NCBI GenBank assembly: GCA_965222375.1
Contig: CBDCTZ010000016.1
Coordinates: 3,264,001-3,328,000, forward strand
Origin: Polyangiaceae bacterium
GTDB taxonomy: Bacteria; Myxococcota_A; Polyangia; Polyangiales; Polyangiaceae
DNA: 64,000 nucleotides
Direction of reading: 5' to 3'
Part shown: positions 9,661-19,339 of the stretch, piece by piece
Layout of the letters: the number at the start of each line of letters is the position of its first letter
Position numbering within the stretch: the first letter of the stretch is position 1
Position numbers and translations under genes: made by a program
Notes under the pieces: generated by a model
Seen by the model: only the letters and a program-made list of their open reading frames with translations
Database searches by the model: none
What the model was told of the DNA's origin: nothing

Positions 9661-10440
9661 CTACGCGCCCGCCGCGCTTCGGTATCGCTCCAGGGCGGTT
9701 TCGATCGCTCGGCGCACGCAGTCTGGGGCAGGCGCACCAGCGCTATTGCGGCACGCGTTCAGGGCTTGCTTGAGCGCGTCGCAGGTGGCGCCGCAGTGCT
9801 CGCATTGGTCCACATGGGCTTGCATCTCGGCGCAGGACTTGGCGGAGAGGTCCCCCTCCAGCTGCTTGGATAGTTGCTCGACGACGTCTGGGCACCCGCT
9901 TGGTGCGGCCTGCGGGCGAAGCACTGGATACAGGGCGTCTTTGAGCGCTCTGCGGGCACGGTGCAGGCGGCTTTTCACTGCGCTGACGCTCGTGCCCAGC
10001 GCATCCGCGGTTTCTGCCGCGGTCAGACCTTCTGCGTCCCGGAGCCACAAGACTTCCCGATACTCCTCGCTAAGCCCATCCAGGGCGCGGGCCACGCTGC
10101 GAGACAGTTCGCGTTGGGCGGCGCGCTGCTCGGGGCTGCCGTCTGAAGCCGGCAGTGCCTCATCGAGTTGCTCGTGGGGTCGGTTCTTCAATCCACGTCG
10201 CCTGCGGTGACAAGCACTACGCACGATCGCATACGCATAGCTTGATATGGCGGAGCGTCCCTGGAAGTCGGCCAGCTGGGTGGATAGGTGCAACAGAGTT
10301 TCTTGAGTGGCGTCTTCCGCGTCTTCCGCGGAGCCACAGAGCTTGAGGCCAAAGCGATGTACCTTGGGCCCCAGCTCCGTCAGCAGCTCGCGCATTGCGG
10401 CTGCATCGCCGGATTTGGCGCGGGTGATCACGTCAGTCAC
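9661..10440 (-). CDS. ECF sigma factor with fused C-terminal zinc-finger anti-sigma (ZAS/zf-HC2-like) domain
   Basis: AEDATQE (region 2), REVLWLRDAEGLT..VKSRLHRAR (region 4), then C..LS..LEGDL...HVDQCEHC. Confidence 0.88.
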   Translation of the reverse strand: MTDVITRAKSGDAAAMRELLTELGPKVHRFGLKLCGSAEDAEDATQETLLHLSTQLADFQGRSAISSYAYAIVRSACHRRRRGLKNRPHEQLDEALPASDGSPEQRAAQRELSRSVARALDGLSEEYREVLWLRDAEGLTAAETADALGTSVSAVKSRLHRARRALKDALYPVLRPQAAPSGCPDVVEQLSKQLEGDLSAKSCAEMQAHVDQCEHCGATCDALKQALNACRNSAGAPAPDCVRRAIETALERYRSAAGA

Positions 10441-10503
10441 ATCGGGATCATAAGTCGCCGGCCGCCGCTTCGCCAGAGTTCGAGGCGCCTGCTCTGATGT
10501 CGC

Positions 10504-10878
10504 TTACACCTGAGCAGCATGGGCTTTTTCGTGCTCCGCGAGCTTCTTCTTGACGTCCAACATGTCCAACTTGCGGAGCTTTTCCACTAGCTGGTTCAGC
10601 GCAAACGCTTGCATGACACCAGGTTGCTCGAAGACGAGTACACCGTCCTTGAACGCCATCAAGGTGGGGATGGCTCGGATCTGAAAGGACGCGGCGAGGG
10701 ACTGCTCCTCGTCCGTGTTGATCTTTCCGAACGTGACGTCCTTGTGTTGCGCAGCCATCCGTTCGTAGATCGGGGCAAAGGCGCGACAAGGCCCGCACCA
10801 AGGGGCCCACCAGTCGATCAACACGATTCCCTCTCCGACGGTGGCTTCGAAGGTGCTTTGGGTGAGTTCTACGGTCAT
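10504..10878 (-). CDS. trxA: Thioredoxin
   Basis: WAPWCGPC active site, IRAIPT, and a GGAGG RBS upstream of ATG 10878. Confidence 0.92.
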   Translation of the reverse strand: MTVELTQSTFEATVGEGIVLIDWWAPWCGPCRAFAPIYERMAAQHKDVTFGKINTDEEQSLAASFQIRAIPTLMAFKDGVLVFEQPGVMQAFALNQLVEKLRKLDMLDVKKKLAEHEKAHAAQV

Positions 10879-11048
10879 TGATGTCCTCCACAGGTGAGAG
10901 CCGCTGAGCCGCCGAAAGGGTTCGCGAGCTTCCAACCCCCGGAGTTTCATCGCGAAATCCCGGCGCCTCCCGGGCGCCGCGGCACCCGAAAAATGCGTCG
11001 ATTCACTGCCGGGTTTGCGGCTACCCTCGCGCCAGCCCGGAGGACCTC

Positions 11049-14000
11049 GTGACCGATCTCGCCGTAGAGCGCTTCGAAGTGGGCATTCGCCCCGAGCACA
11101 AAGACGCTCGCGCGGACGCCGTGGCAGCCGCTGCGGAGCGCCATCTCGGTATCGTGCCCAAGAAGGTTCGCACTCGCGATGTGTATCGCGTGCTTTCGGA
11201 CATGCAGGGAGACGAAGCTGAGCGTGTGTTGAAGGAGCTCGTCGACCCTGTGCTTCAGGTCGGCGCCCGGGGCCGACTGAAGGAGGAGGACTTCGACGTG
11301 GCGGTCACGGTGGGCTTCAAGCCTGGCGTGACAGACCCTATTGGCAAGAGCGCGTTGGTTGCGGTTGGGGATACGTTGGGGCGCGCGGTGCCCGCGGATT
11401 CCGCGGTCTTCACTTCGACGGTTTACTTGTTCGAGGGCATTGATACGCAAGAAGCGGAGCGGATCGCCTTGGACCTACTGGCCAACCCGGTGATCCAGAC
11501 CATCGACGTTCACACCTCGAAGCAGCTCCTCGACTCCCCGCCGGATTTGAGCGTTCCCCGGGTTCTGGGGGAGGGCAGCCGACCAACCGAGGTCGTTGAG
11601 TTGCCTGACGACGACGAGCAGCTAGAGGCCATGAGCCATTCGCGCTTGCTGGCGCTGACTCTGGCGGAAATGCGTGCGATTCGTGCGCACTTTCTGGAAG
11701 CCGGCAACAGCGAAGCCCGGCAGGCCGTTGGGCTTTCGACCTCACCCACAGACGCGGAACTGGAGTGCTTGGCACAAACCTGGAGCGAGCACTGCAAGCA
11801 TAAGATATTCAACGCCAAAATCCGGTACGAAGAACCCGGCGCTCACCCAGAGGTCATCGAAAGCGTGTTCAACGCCTACGTGCGCGGAGCCACCCGTGCG
11901 GTGGAGCGCGCAGAAGGCGATCTGCATCGCCCATTCTTGATCAGCGTTTTCCACGACAACGCGGGGGTCGTTGCTTTCGACGAGGACTATCACCTTGTCT
12001 ACAAGGTGGAGACCCACAACTCGCCGAGTGCCCTCGACCCCTATGGCGGCGCCATGACGGGTATCGTGGGAGTGAACCGCGACCCCTTTGGAACCGGGAT
12101 GGGCGCGGAATTGCTGAGCAACGTCTGGGGCTACTGTTTCGCCTCGCCGGATTGGGACCGAGAGCTGCCCAAAGGCTTGCTTCACCCGCGCAGGATCCGA
12201 GAGGGCGTGCACCACGGCGTGATCGATGGTGGTAACCAGAGTGGCGTTCCCTACGCTCGCGGTTGGGAAATTTTCGACTCGCGATTCGTGGGCAAGCCTC
12301 TGGTCTTCTGCGGAACCGTCGGCCGCTTGCCGGTCAGCGTTGCGGGAAAGCCCGGCCATGAGAAAGCCGCACGACCCGGCGACAAGATCGTGATGGTCGG
12401 CGGTCGCATCGGAGCCGATGGCATTCACGGCGCGACCTTCTCTTCCGCGGCCTTGGATGAATCGGCTCCGGTGCAAGCCGTACAGATCGGAGATCCGATC
12501 ACTCAGAAGCGCATGTTCGACTTCTTGCTCGAAGCCCGCGACGCCGGCCTGTATAGCGCCATCACCGACAACGGCGCGGGCGGGCTGTCCTCCAGTGTGG
12601 GTGAGATGGCCGAAAAGCCTGGGGGCTGCAAGATGGATCTGAGCCTCGCGCCGCTGAAGTATGCGGGTTTGGCGCCCTGGGAAATCCTGGTGAGCGAAGC
12701 TCAGGAGCGCATGACCCTCTCGGTGCCGCCAGAGAAGTTGGACGAGCTGCTAGCGCTGTCTGCGCGTCGCGAGGTCGAGTCCACGGTGCTCGGGGAGTTC
12801 ACGGATAGCGGCGTTTTTCACGTGCTCTACGCTGACGAAACCGTGGCGCACTTGCCGATGCGATTCCTACACAAGGGCAACCCCCGGCTCGAGATCTCCG
12901 CTCGCCACGAGGTGCGGAAGTTCGAAGAGCCGACCCTGGACGAGACCGAGGACTATTCAGCGACCGTCGAGGCCATGCTGGCCAGGCATGGTGTCGCCTC
13001 CAATGAACAGATTGCGCGTCACTACGACCACGAAGTCAAAGGGCTGACCGTGGTCAAACCCTTCGTCGGCGCGTCTTCGGATGTACCCGCGGAGGCCAGC
13101 GTGTTTTTGGCACGGCACGACAGCCGGCGCGGCTACGTGCTCAGTGAAGGCGTCAATCCCTTCTATTCGGATATCGATGCGTACGCCATGGCAAGCAGCG
13201 TGGTGGATCTCGCCGTGCGCCGCGTGCTGTGCGCGGGTGCACCTCTGGCTGGCATCGCGCTCTTGGACAACTTCTGCTGGCCGGACCCTGTAGAGAGCCC
13301 CAAAAACCCCGAAGGCGCGTACAAGGCAGCCCAGCTCGTGCGTGCTTGTCGTGGCCTCTACGCTGCCTGCGTCGCCTACAGCGCGCCATTGATCAGTGGC
13401 AAAGACTCGATGAAGAACGACTCCACCATGGGTGGCGTTCGAGTCAGCGTGCCGCCGACCCTGTTGGTGAGCGCCATGGGTCAGATCAGCGATGTGGATT
13501 CGGCGGTGACCCTCGACCCCAAGAACGCGGGCGAGTACGTCTATGTTCTGGGCGAGACCCTGGATGAGCTTGGGGCCAGCGAGTACTACCGGCACCTTGG
13601 AAGCGTGCGTGGGCCGGCCGCGGCTCTCGGGCAGCCGGCGCCCTACGTTGGCAATTCGGTGCCGCAAGTCAGGTTCGACGCCACCGTGATGCTATATCGG
13701 GCGCTAGCGATCGCAACGGGCGCGAAGATGCTGTGCAGCGCTGCGACGCCTGGCCTTGGTGGCATGGCGCTCTGCCTAGCGCGCATGGCCATGGCGTCCG
13801 AACTAGGCCTCGACGTCACGTTGGGCTCGGACGCGGACCCGCTCTTGCCAGCCGCGGAGTTGTTCAGCGAATCGAACGGCCGCTTTGTCGTCACCGTCGC
13901 GCCACCAGATGCACCAGCGTTCGAGACGCTGATGGTTGGGCGTCCCGTGCGCCGCGTGGGCGTGGTCACCCAAGAGCCCAAGCTCGTGATACGCAATGCC

Positions 14001-14060
14001 AAGCGCGTCCTGGTCGACTGCGAGGTCGCCACGCTCAAGTGCAGTTTCAAGTCGCGCTGA
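11049..14060 (+). CDS. purL: Phosphoribosylformylglycinamidine synthase PurL with N-terminal PurS-like region
   Basis: WSEHCKH, VETHNSPS.LDPYGGA, DNGAGG, SEAQERM, SGKDS and ELFSES. N-terminal KPGVTDP.G and LLANPVIQ are PurS-like motifs. Confidence 0.93.
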   Translation: MTDLAVERFEVGIRPEHKDARADAVAAAAERHLGIVPKKVRTRDVYRVLSDMQGDEAERVLKELVDPVLQVGARGRLKEEDFDVAVTVGFKPGVTDPIGKSALVAVGDTLGRAVPADSAVFTSTVYLFEGIDTQEAERIALDLLANPVIQTIDVHTSKQLLDSPPDLSVPRVLGEGSRPTEVVELPDDDEQLEAMSHSRLLALTLAEMRAIRAHFLEAGNSEARQAVGLSTSPTDAELECLAQTWSEHCKHKIFNAKIRYEEPGAHPEVIESVFNAYVRGATRAVERAEGDLHRPFLISVFHDNAGVVAFDEDYHLVYKVETHNSPSALDPYGGAMTGIVGVNRDPFGTGMGAELLSNVWGYCFASPDWDRELPKGLLHPRRIREGVHHGVIDGGNQSGVPYARGWEIFDSRFVGKPLVFCGTVGRLPVSVAGKPGHEKAARPGDKIVMVGGRIGADGIHGATFSSAALDESAPVQAVQIGDPITQKRMFDFLLEARDAGLYSAITDNGAGGLSSSVGEMAEKPGGCKMDLSLAPLKYAGLAPWEILVSEAQERMTLSVPPEKLDELLALSARREVESTVLGEFTDSGVFHVLYADETVAHLPMRFLHKGNPRLEISARHEVRKFEEPTLDETEDYSATVEAMLARHGVASNEQIARHYDHEVKGLTVVKPFVGASSDVPAEASVFLARHDSRRGYVLSEGVNPFYSDIDAYAMASSVVDLAVRRVLCAGAPLAGIALLDNFCWPDPVESPKNPEGAYKAAQLVRACRGLYAACVAYSAPLISGKDSMKNDSTMGGVRVSVPPTLLVSAMGQISDVDSAVTLDPKNAGEYVYVLGETLDELGASEYYRHLGSVRGPAAALGQPAPYVGNSVPQVRFDATVMLYRALAIATGAKMLCSAATPGLGGMALCLARMAMASELGLDVTLGSDADPLLPAAELFSESNGRFVVTVAPPDAPAFETLMVGRPVRRVGVVTQEPKLVIRNAKRVLVDCEVATLKCSFKSR

Positions 14061-14193
14061 AGAAGCTCGGATGGGCCGACCTGAGGCCCCGTCTACTGTG
14101 GTTTTGGGGGTCGAGCGCTGGGGCGGCCCCGGGCCACTACTCCCGCCCTAGGCCCCTCGGGCCGGAAGGGCCGCACGCTTGCGGCCTCGGACC

Positions 14194-14712
14194 TCAGTAG
14201 CCGTCGACGGTGATCTTGATCACCTGGGCTGGCGTCGTGGGTCGATCTCCCGCGCCGGTAGGCGTGGTCTCGATCTTCTGAACCGTGTCTTGACCTGAGG
14301 TCACTTTGCCAAACACCGGGTGCTTGGACTGCCCAGCGGTGAACCAATCCAAGTAGTGGTTGTGCACGGTGTTGATGAAAAACTGGGAGCCGCCGCTGTT
14401 GGGGCGCCCCGTGTTGGCCATGGAGAACGTGAAGGGCTCGTTGCTGAGCTTGTGCTCCTCCGGATGCTCATCCTGGATCGTGCCGTGGGGGGGACCACCA
14501 GTCCCAGCACGGGTGCTGTTCGGATCCTTGGAGTGAGGGCAGCCGAACTGAATCATGAAACCCTTGATCACCCGGTGGAAATGCAAGCCGTCGTAGAATC
14601 CGCTCTTGGCCAGGTCGAGGAAGTTCTTGGCCGTCAGGGGCATCTTGTCCACGTAGATCTCGGCGGTGAAATTGCCCAGGGAGGTTTCGAAGGTTGCAGT
14701 CGGGTTCGCCAT
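14194..14712 (-). CDS. Cyclophilin-type peptidyl-prolyl cis-trans isomerase
   Basis: [30 protein letters not shown] and HPVFGKV. Confidence 0.95.
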   Translation of the reverse strand: MANPTATFETSLGNFTAEIYVDKMPLTAKNFLDLAKSGFYDGLHFHRVIKGFMIQFGCPHSKDPNSTRAGTGGPPHGTIQDEHPEEHKLSNEPFTFSMANTGRPNSGGSQFFINTVHNHYLDWFTAGQSKHPVFGKVTSGQDTVQKIETTPTGAGDRPTTPAQVIKITVDGY

Positions 14713-14842
14713 GGTTTCTTCCTCGCTCGCTTTCGGCGCCTCTCATAACACCTCCGCGGCCCGTTGAGGAGCCCCCACGGACTCTGCGGATCCGCTGATG
14801 GTCGGTCGCGACCGGTCGCCGGCGGGCTGCTACACTGACCCC

Positions 14843-15796
14843 ATGATGGGGCTTCAGAATTGGCCACGCGGGTTGCTGTTCGGACTGAGTCTTGCGCTGG
14901 TCGCGACCGCGTGCGGATCCGACGACGATGGCGGCACTGCCTTCAACAACCCCGGCAGCGGCGGCTCTGGCAACGGCGGGTCTGGCGGAAACGTGATCAA
15001 GGTGGATGGTGGGGGCGGAAGCGACGGAGGCGGCAAGGGGGGCGGCTTTCCCATTGGGCCCGACGGCATCCCCGTGGGGTTCACCAAGTCGGACCGCGGT
15101 GCATGGAAGCTAGGGCCCTAGTTCACGGGAACACCGCCGGACATCGGCGAGTGTGGCTCGGTGTTGCTCGGCGTCGTGCGTGACTTCAAGGACGGTTCCA
15201 AAGGCGGTCACCCAGACTTTCAGACGTTCACCGGAGATGGCTTGAAGGGCATCGTGAACAGCGATCTGGGCGCTGATCAGAAGCCGGTTTATGCGCATTC
15301 AGGCGGTACCGCCCACACCACCACGCCCGCGAATTTCCGCGATTGGTACGTCAACACGCCTGGCAAGAACCAGGCCTTCGTCGTCTACTTCTTCTTGGTT
15401 CCGGAAAACGGCGTTTTTACGTTCGAGGACAACTCGTTCTTTCCGCTAGACAACGCCGGCTTCGGAAACGAGGGGCACGATCACAACTTCCATTTCACCA
15501 CGGAAGTGCACACCAAGTTCAACTACAAAGGCGGCGAGACGTTTCGCTTCCAGGGCGACGATGATTTGTGGGTCTTCATCAACGGCAAGCTCGCGATCGA
15601 CCTGGGCGGGCTGCATCCCATGCAACAAGACCAAATCAGCCTCGATGCCGAAGCCAGCCAGCTGGGCATCAGCGTCGGCAATACCTACGAGCTGGCGCTG
15701 TTCCACGCGGAGCGACACACGAGCGAGAGTAACTTCCGCATCGACACGAACTTGGACTTCGTGGATTGCGGAACGACGGTCCCCGAGCCGCGCTGA
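14843..15796 (+). pseudogene. Fibro-slime (PA14-like) domain lipoprotein interrupted by an in-frame TAG at 15119-15121
   Basis: ORFs 14798..15121 and 15161..15796 share one frame. The first has a lipobox (VATAC). The second has VRDF..HPDF, FFPLD, HNFHFTTE, GDDDLWVFINGKL.IDLGGLH and FHAERH. Confidence 0.8.
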
Positions 15797-15889
15797 CTGC
15801 GGTGCGCCGCGCAGCCGCGCCGTGCTCTGAGTTCGACATGAGCTTCACCCTTGCGCTGCGGCGCTCGAAGTGCGTGAGATCTCGCCGCT

Positions 15890-17743
15890 ATGAAGGCGCT
15901 ACCCGGGATCCCAACCCTGGCGGACATTGGAGCGTTCGCTCGCTTGTTCGAGTTCCGGGCCGTCAGCCGCTGGGTTGGCTTGGGCCTCGTCGCGGGGGTC
16001 TTCTCGGGCTTGGCCGCGTCTCTGTTTTTCATCGGCATGGACTCCCTGCGCCAGGCGGCGCTGGTGAGTGCGGCCGGCTTCTCCCTGCTCGAACCCGCCG
16101 GTGAACATTCCCTATTCGCCGCTCGCCGCGCGGACGCATTGCGACCCTGGCTAATCGTGCTCACTCCCGCCGTGGGGGCGCTTCTAGCGTACTTCCTCGT
16201 CTCGCGATTCACGGCCCGCCCGTTTCAAGGTACCGACGCCATGATCGACGCGTTCCATCAGCACGATGGGCGCATTCCAGCTCGGGAGTCATTCTTGAAA
16301 GCCGCCGGGGCCGTGCTCGTCATCGGCACGGGTGGTAGCGCGGGGCGCGAAGGCCCCATGGCGCATTTGGGCGCCGGCATCGGGTCCCTGCTTGCTCGCG
16401 TGTTTCGACTCAGTGCTCGGGAGCGGCGGCTGCTGCTATTGGCGGGTGCCGCCGGGGGCATCGCTGCGATCTTCCGCACTCCGTTAGGTGCGGCGTTGTT
16501 CATCGTGGAGGTGTTGTATCGGGACGACTTCGAAGTCGATGGTCTGGTGCCGACAGTGCTTTCCTCTGTCGTTGCCTATTCGGTATTCACCATGATCTTC
16601 GGTGAAGGTCACATCTTCGCCACCGAGGGTCGCTACGAATTCGATCCGCGCCAGCTACCTCTGTATCTCTTGATGGCCATCGGCGCAGCCGTAGTCGGCG
16701 TGCTCTTCCTCAAGGTCTTCTTCGGCGTCCGGGACGGGATCTTCTCGCGCCTGCGATTGCCTCGTGCCATCAAGCCGTTCTTGGGTGGCCTGGCCGTCGG
16801 GGTCATCGCGCTTTTGGCGCCCCAAGCCTTGGGCGCCGGCTACGGCTGGCTGCAAGAAGTCATCGTACCGACTCGGGACGCCCTACCCGCTGGCTACATG
16901 GGAGCGGCGTTTCTCCTCGGCATCGCGTTGCTCAAAGTGATCACCTCATCTCTGACCGTGGGGTCCGGCGGCGCAGGCGGCATGTTCGGCCCCTCGGTCG
17001 TGATTGGCGGCATGGTCGGGGGCGCTTTCGGACAGACCTTCCACCTGCTGTTTCCTGAGGTCGTTCCACAGCCGGGAGCCTTCGTCATCGTCGGCATGGC
17101 ATGTTTTGTTGGAGGGGTGGCACATGCCCCCATCTCCACGCTGGTCATGGCTTCGGAGATGACCGGCAGCTACGACTTGCTCGTCCCGATCATGCTGGCA
17201 GAAGTGGTGACCACCACTCTGATGCAGAAGCCGACGCTGTTCCCGACTCAAGTGGCGACGCGGCGGGATTCCCCGGCCCATGGCGCCGAATACGTGATGG
17301 ACATCCTTTCGCAAGTGCGGGTTGGGGACGTTTACGACGCCGACGCGACCGTCGAGCCCGTTCCCGCAACCGCACCTCTCGGGAAGCTGTTGCGGCATGC
17401 CACGGACAGCGACAAGGCGGTGTTCCCGGTAGTGTCCGAAGATGGTTCGACCTTGGGGCTAGTGACCATGGACACCCTTCGAGCGTTCTTCTTCGATGAA
17501 GACATCGGCCGTATTGCCATCGCGGCGGATTGCGCGCTGCCCTTTGTATCGGTGAGCGTGGACGATAACCTAGACGTGGCTCTGGAGCGGTTCGCTTCCT
17601 CGCACTACCCGGAGTTGCCCGTCATGGCCGCCGAGGACCCGACAGCGATCGTGGGACTCTTGAACTACGAGCAAGTGCTACGTGCTTACAGTCGCGAGCT
17701 GCTTCGCCGGCGCGTTGGCGAGGAGAGCGCAGCGACCCAGTAG
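15890..17743 (+). CDS. ClC chloride channel / Cl-/H+ antiporter with CBS pair
   Basis: GSAGREGP gating Glu, FRTPLGAALF, GGMFGP, many TM helices and C-terminal CBS domains. Confidence 0.92.
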   Translation: MKALPGIPTLADIGAFARLFEFRAVSRWVGLGLVAGVFSGLAASLFFIGMDSLRQAALVSAAGFSLLEPAGEHSLFAARRADALRPWLIVLTPAVGALLAYFLVSRFTARPFQGTDAMIDAFHQHDGRIPARESFLKAAGAVLVIGTGGSAGREGPMAHLGAGIGSLLARVFRLSARERRLLLLAGAAGGIAAIFRTPLGAALFIVEVLYRDDFEVDGLVPTVLSSVVAYSVFTMIFGEGHIFATEGRYEFDPRQLPLYLLMAIGAAVVGVLFLKVFFGVRDGIFSRLRLPRAIKPFLGGLAVGVIALLAPQALGAGYGWLQEVIVPTRDALPAGYMGAAFLLGIALLKVITSSLTVGSGGAGGMFGPSVVIGGMVGGAFGQTFHLLFPEVVPQPGAFVIVGMACFVGGVAHAPISTLVMASEMTGSYDLLVPIMLAEVVTTTLMQKPTLFPTQVATRRDSPAHGAEYVMDILSQVRVGDVYDADATVEPVPATAPLGKLLRHATDSDKAVFPVVSEDGSTLGLVTMDTLRAFFFDEDIGRIAIAADCALPFVSVSVDDNLDVALERFASSHYPELPVMAAEDPTAIVGLLNYEQVLRAYSRELLRRRVGEESAATQ

Positions 17744-17764
17744 TGCCAGAATAGGGCTACCAGA

Positions 17765-18079
17765 CTAGCTGCGGGGCAGTGCGTCGACGTCGGTTGCGGC
17801 GTCCAAGTACTTGCTGAGTTTGCCGTTCAGGTAGTCCTTGGCCTTGCTTCTCCAAAGCATGCCCGGGTCCTTGCCGCTGAAGCTCACCTTGTCGGCTTTG
17901 ACCTCCACGCTGCCCTCGATGGTCACCACCAGGTACTTCCCATTGATCGTCGCGGTGTCGTCGCCGGTCCAATTCACCGAGAGCCCGTGCTTGTTTTGCA
18001 GGTACTCGCCCAGCGCGCCGATCCGCGCCCGCGCCTCTTCCACTGAAAATGAGTGCTTGTGCTCGATCTCGAAGGCCAT
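17765..18079 (-). CDS. Putative polyhydroxyalkanoic acid system family protein
   Basis: IEHKHSFSVEEARARI..L...HGLSVNW.GD pattern. ATG 18079 chosen. Confidence 0.6.
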   Translation of the reverse strand: MAFEIEHKHSFSVEEARARIGALGEYLQNKHGLSVNWTGDDTATINGKYLVVTIEGSVEVKADKVSFSGKDPGMLWRSKAKDYLNGKLSKYLDAATDVDALPRS

Positions 18080-18237
18080 GCGGCGAACATCGTCGAGGCC
18101 TCCCGCTGACGCAACCCCTGCGCTCCTTGCGAGGCCGGCTGGAGCGGGGCGCAACGTCTGCGCTGAGAAATCCCCGGGATGGAGCCGCGCCCCGGGGGCG
18201 ATTGGAAATCTAGCCGATCTCGGTTACCACATTCTAC

Positions 18238-19317
18238 ATGACGAACGCACTGCAACTCCGCCCCGGCGTGATCACCGGAAAAGCGCTCAACGAGCTCTAC
18301 GCGTACTGCAAAGAAGCCGAGTGCGCTCTACCCGCCGTCAACATCATTGGCAGCCACAGCGCGAACGCGGCCCTTGCGGCTGCCCGCGAGGCCAAGTCCC
18401 CCATCATCGTGCAGCTCTCTCAAGGAGGTGGCCATTTTTACGCTGGCAAGTTCCTCGACAACAAAGAGCAGCAAGCCTCCATCGCCGGCTGCGTCTCGGC
18501 GGCGCACCACGTAGGTGTGATGGCCAAGGCCTATGGCGTTCCGGTGGTGATGCACACCGACCACTGCGCCAAGAAGCTTCTTCCCTGGGTTGAGGGGCTG
18601 ATCGCGGCGGGCGAAGCCTACTACGAGAAGAATGGAGTGCCTCTATACAGCTCGCACATGCTCGATCTGTCCGAGGAACCCATCTCCGAGAATCTCGGGA
18701 TCTGTGCTCGCGTATTGGAACGCATGGCGAAGATCGACATGCAGCTCGAAATCGAACTTGGCGTGACGGGCGGTGAAGAGGATGGCGTCGACAATACCGA
18801 CGTCGACGACTCCAAACTCTACACGCAGCCGTCTGAGGTACTGCAGGCCTTCGACGCCCTGAGCAAGGTCGGAGACTTCTCGATTGCGGCTAGCTTCGGC
18901 AATACCCACGGCGTGTACAAGCCCGGGAACGTAAAGCTGCGGCCCATCATCCTGAAGAATAGCCAGCAAGTCATCGCCAAGGAGCGCGGCATCAAAGGCG
19001 ACAAACCCGTCAACTTCGTGTTTCACGGCGGCTCCGGGAGCACTCCGGAAGAGATCACCGAGGCCGTCTCCTACGGTGTCATCAAGATGAACATCGACAC
19101 GGACACCCAGTGGGCCTTCACCCATCCGATCCGTAGGTACATGGACGACAACACCGCCTATCTTCAAGGCCAGATCGGCAATCCCGATGGTCCGGACAAG
19201 CCGAACAAGAAGAAGTACGATCCACGCGCCTGGATTCACGTGGGTGAAAAAGAAATGGTGGCGCGCTTGGTCCAGGCGTTCAAAGACCTGAACAGCTTCG
19301 AGAAGTTCAAGTTCTAA
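18238..19317 (+). CDS. fbaA: Class II fructose-bisphosphate aldolase
   Basis: HTDHCAKKLLPW, SSHMLDLSEE, GGEEDGVD, FGNTHGVYKPG, FHGGSG and KMNIDTD. Confidence 0.97.
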   Translation: MTNALQLRPGVITGKALNELYAYCKEAECALPAVNIIGSHSANAALAAAREAKSPIIVQLSQGGGHFYAGKFLDNKEQQASIAGCVSAAHHVGVMAKAYGVPVVMHTDHCAKKLLPWVEGLIAAGEAYYEKNGVPLYSSHMLDLSEEPISENLGICARVLERMAKIDMQLEIELGVTGGEEDGVDNTDVDDSKLYTQPSEVLQAFDALSKVGDFSIAASFGNTHGVYKPGNVKLRPIILKNSQQVIAKERGIKGDKPVNFVFHGGSGSTPEEITEAVSYGVIKMNIDTDTQWAFTHPIRRYMDDNTAYLQGQIGNPDGPDKPNKKKYDPRAWIHVGEKEMVARLVQAFKDLNSFEKFKF

Positions 19318-19339
19318 GGCACGGGCTAGCGGGCCGAGC

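Noticed and set aside
15119..15121. Pyrrolysine or genome-wide TAG recoding
   Set aside because: TAG ends many intact genes here (e.g. 5034, 17743, 25900, 30287, 33890), and no pyl genes are present.
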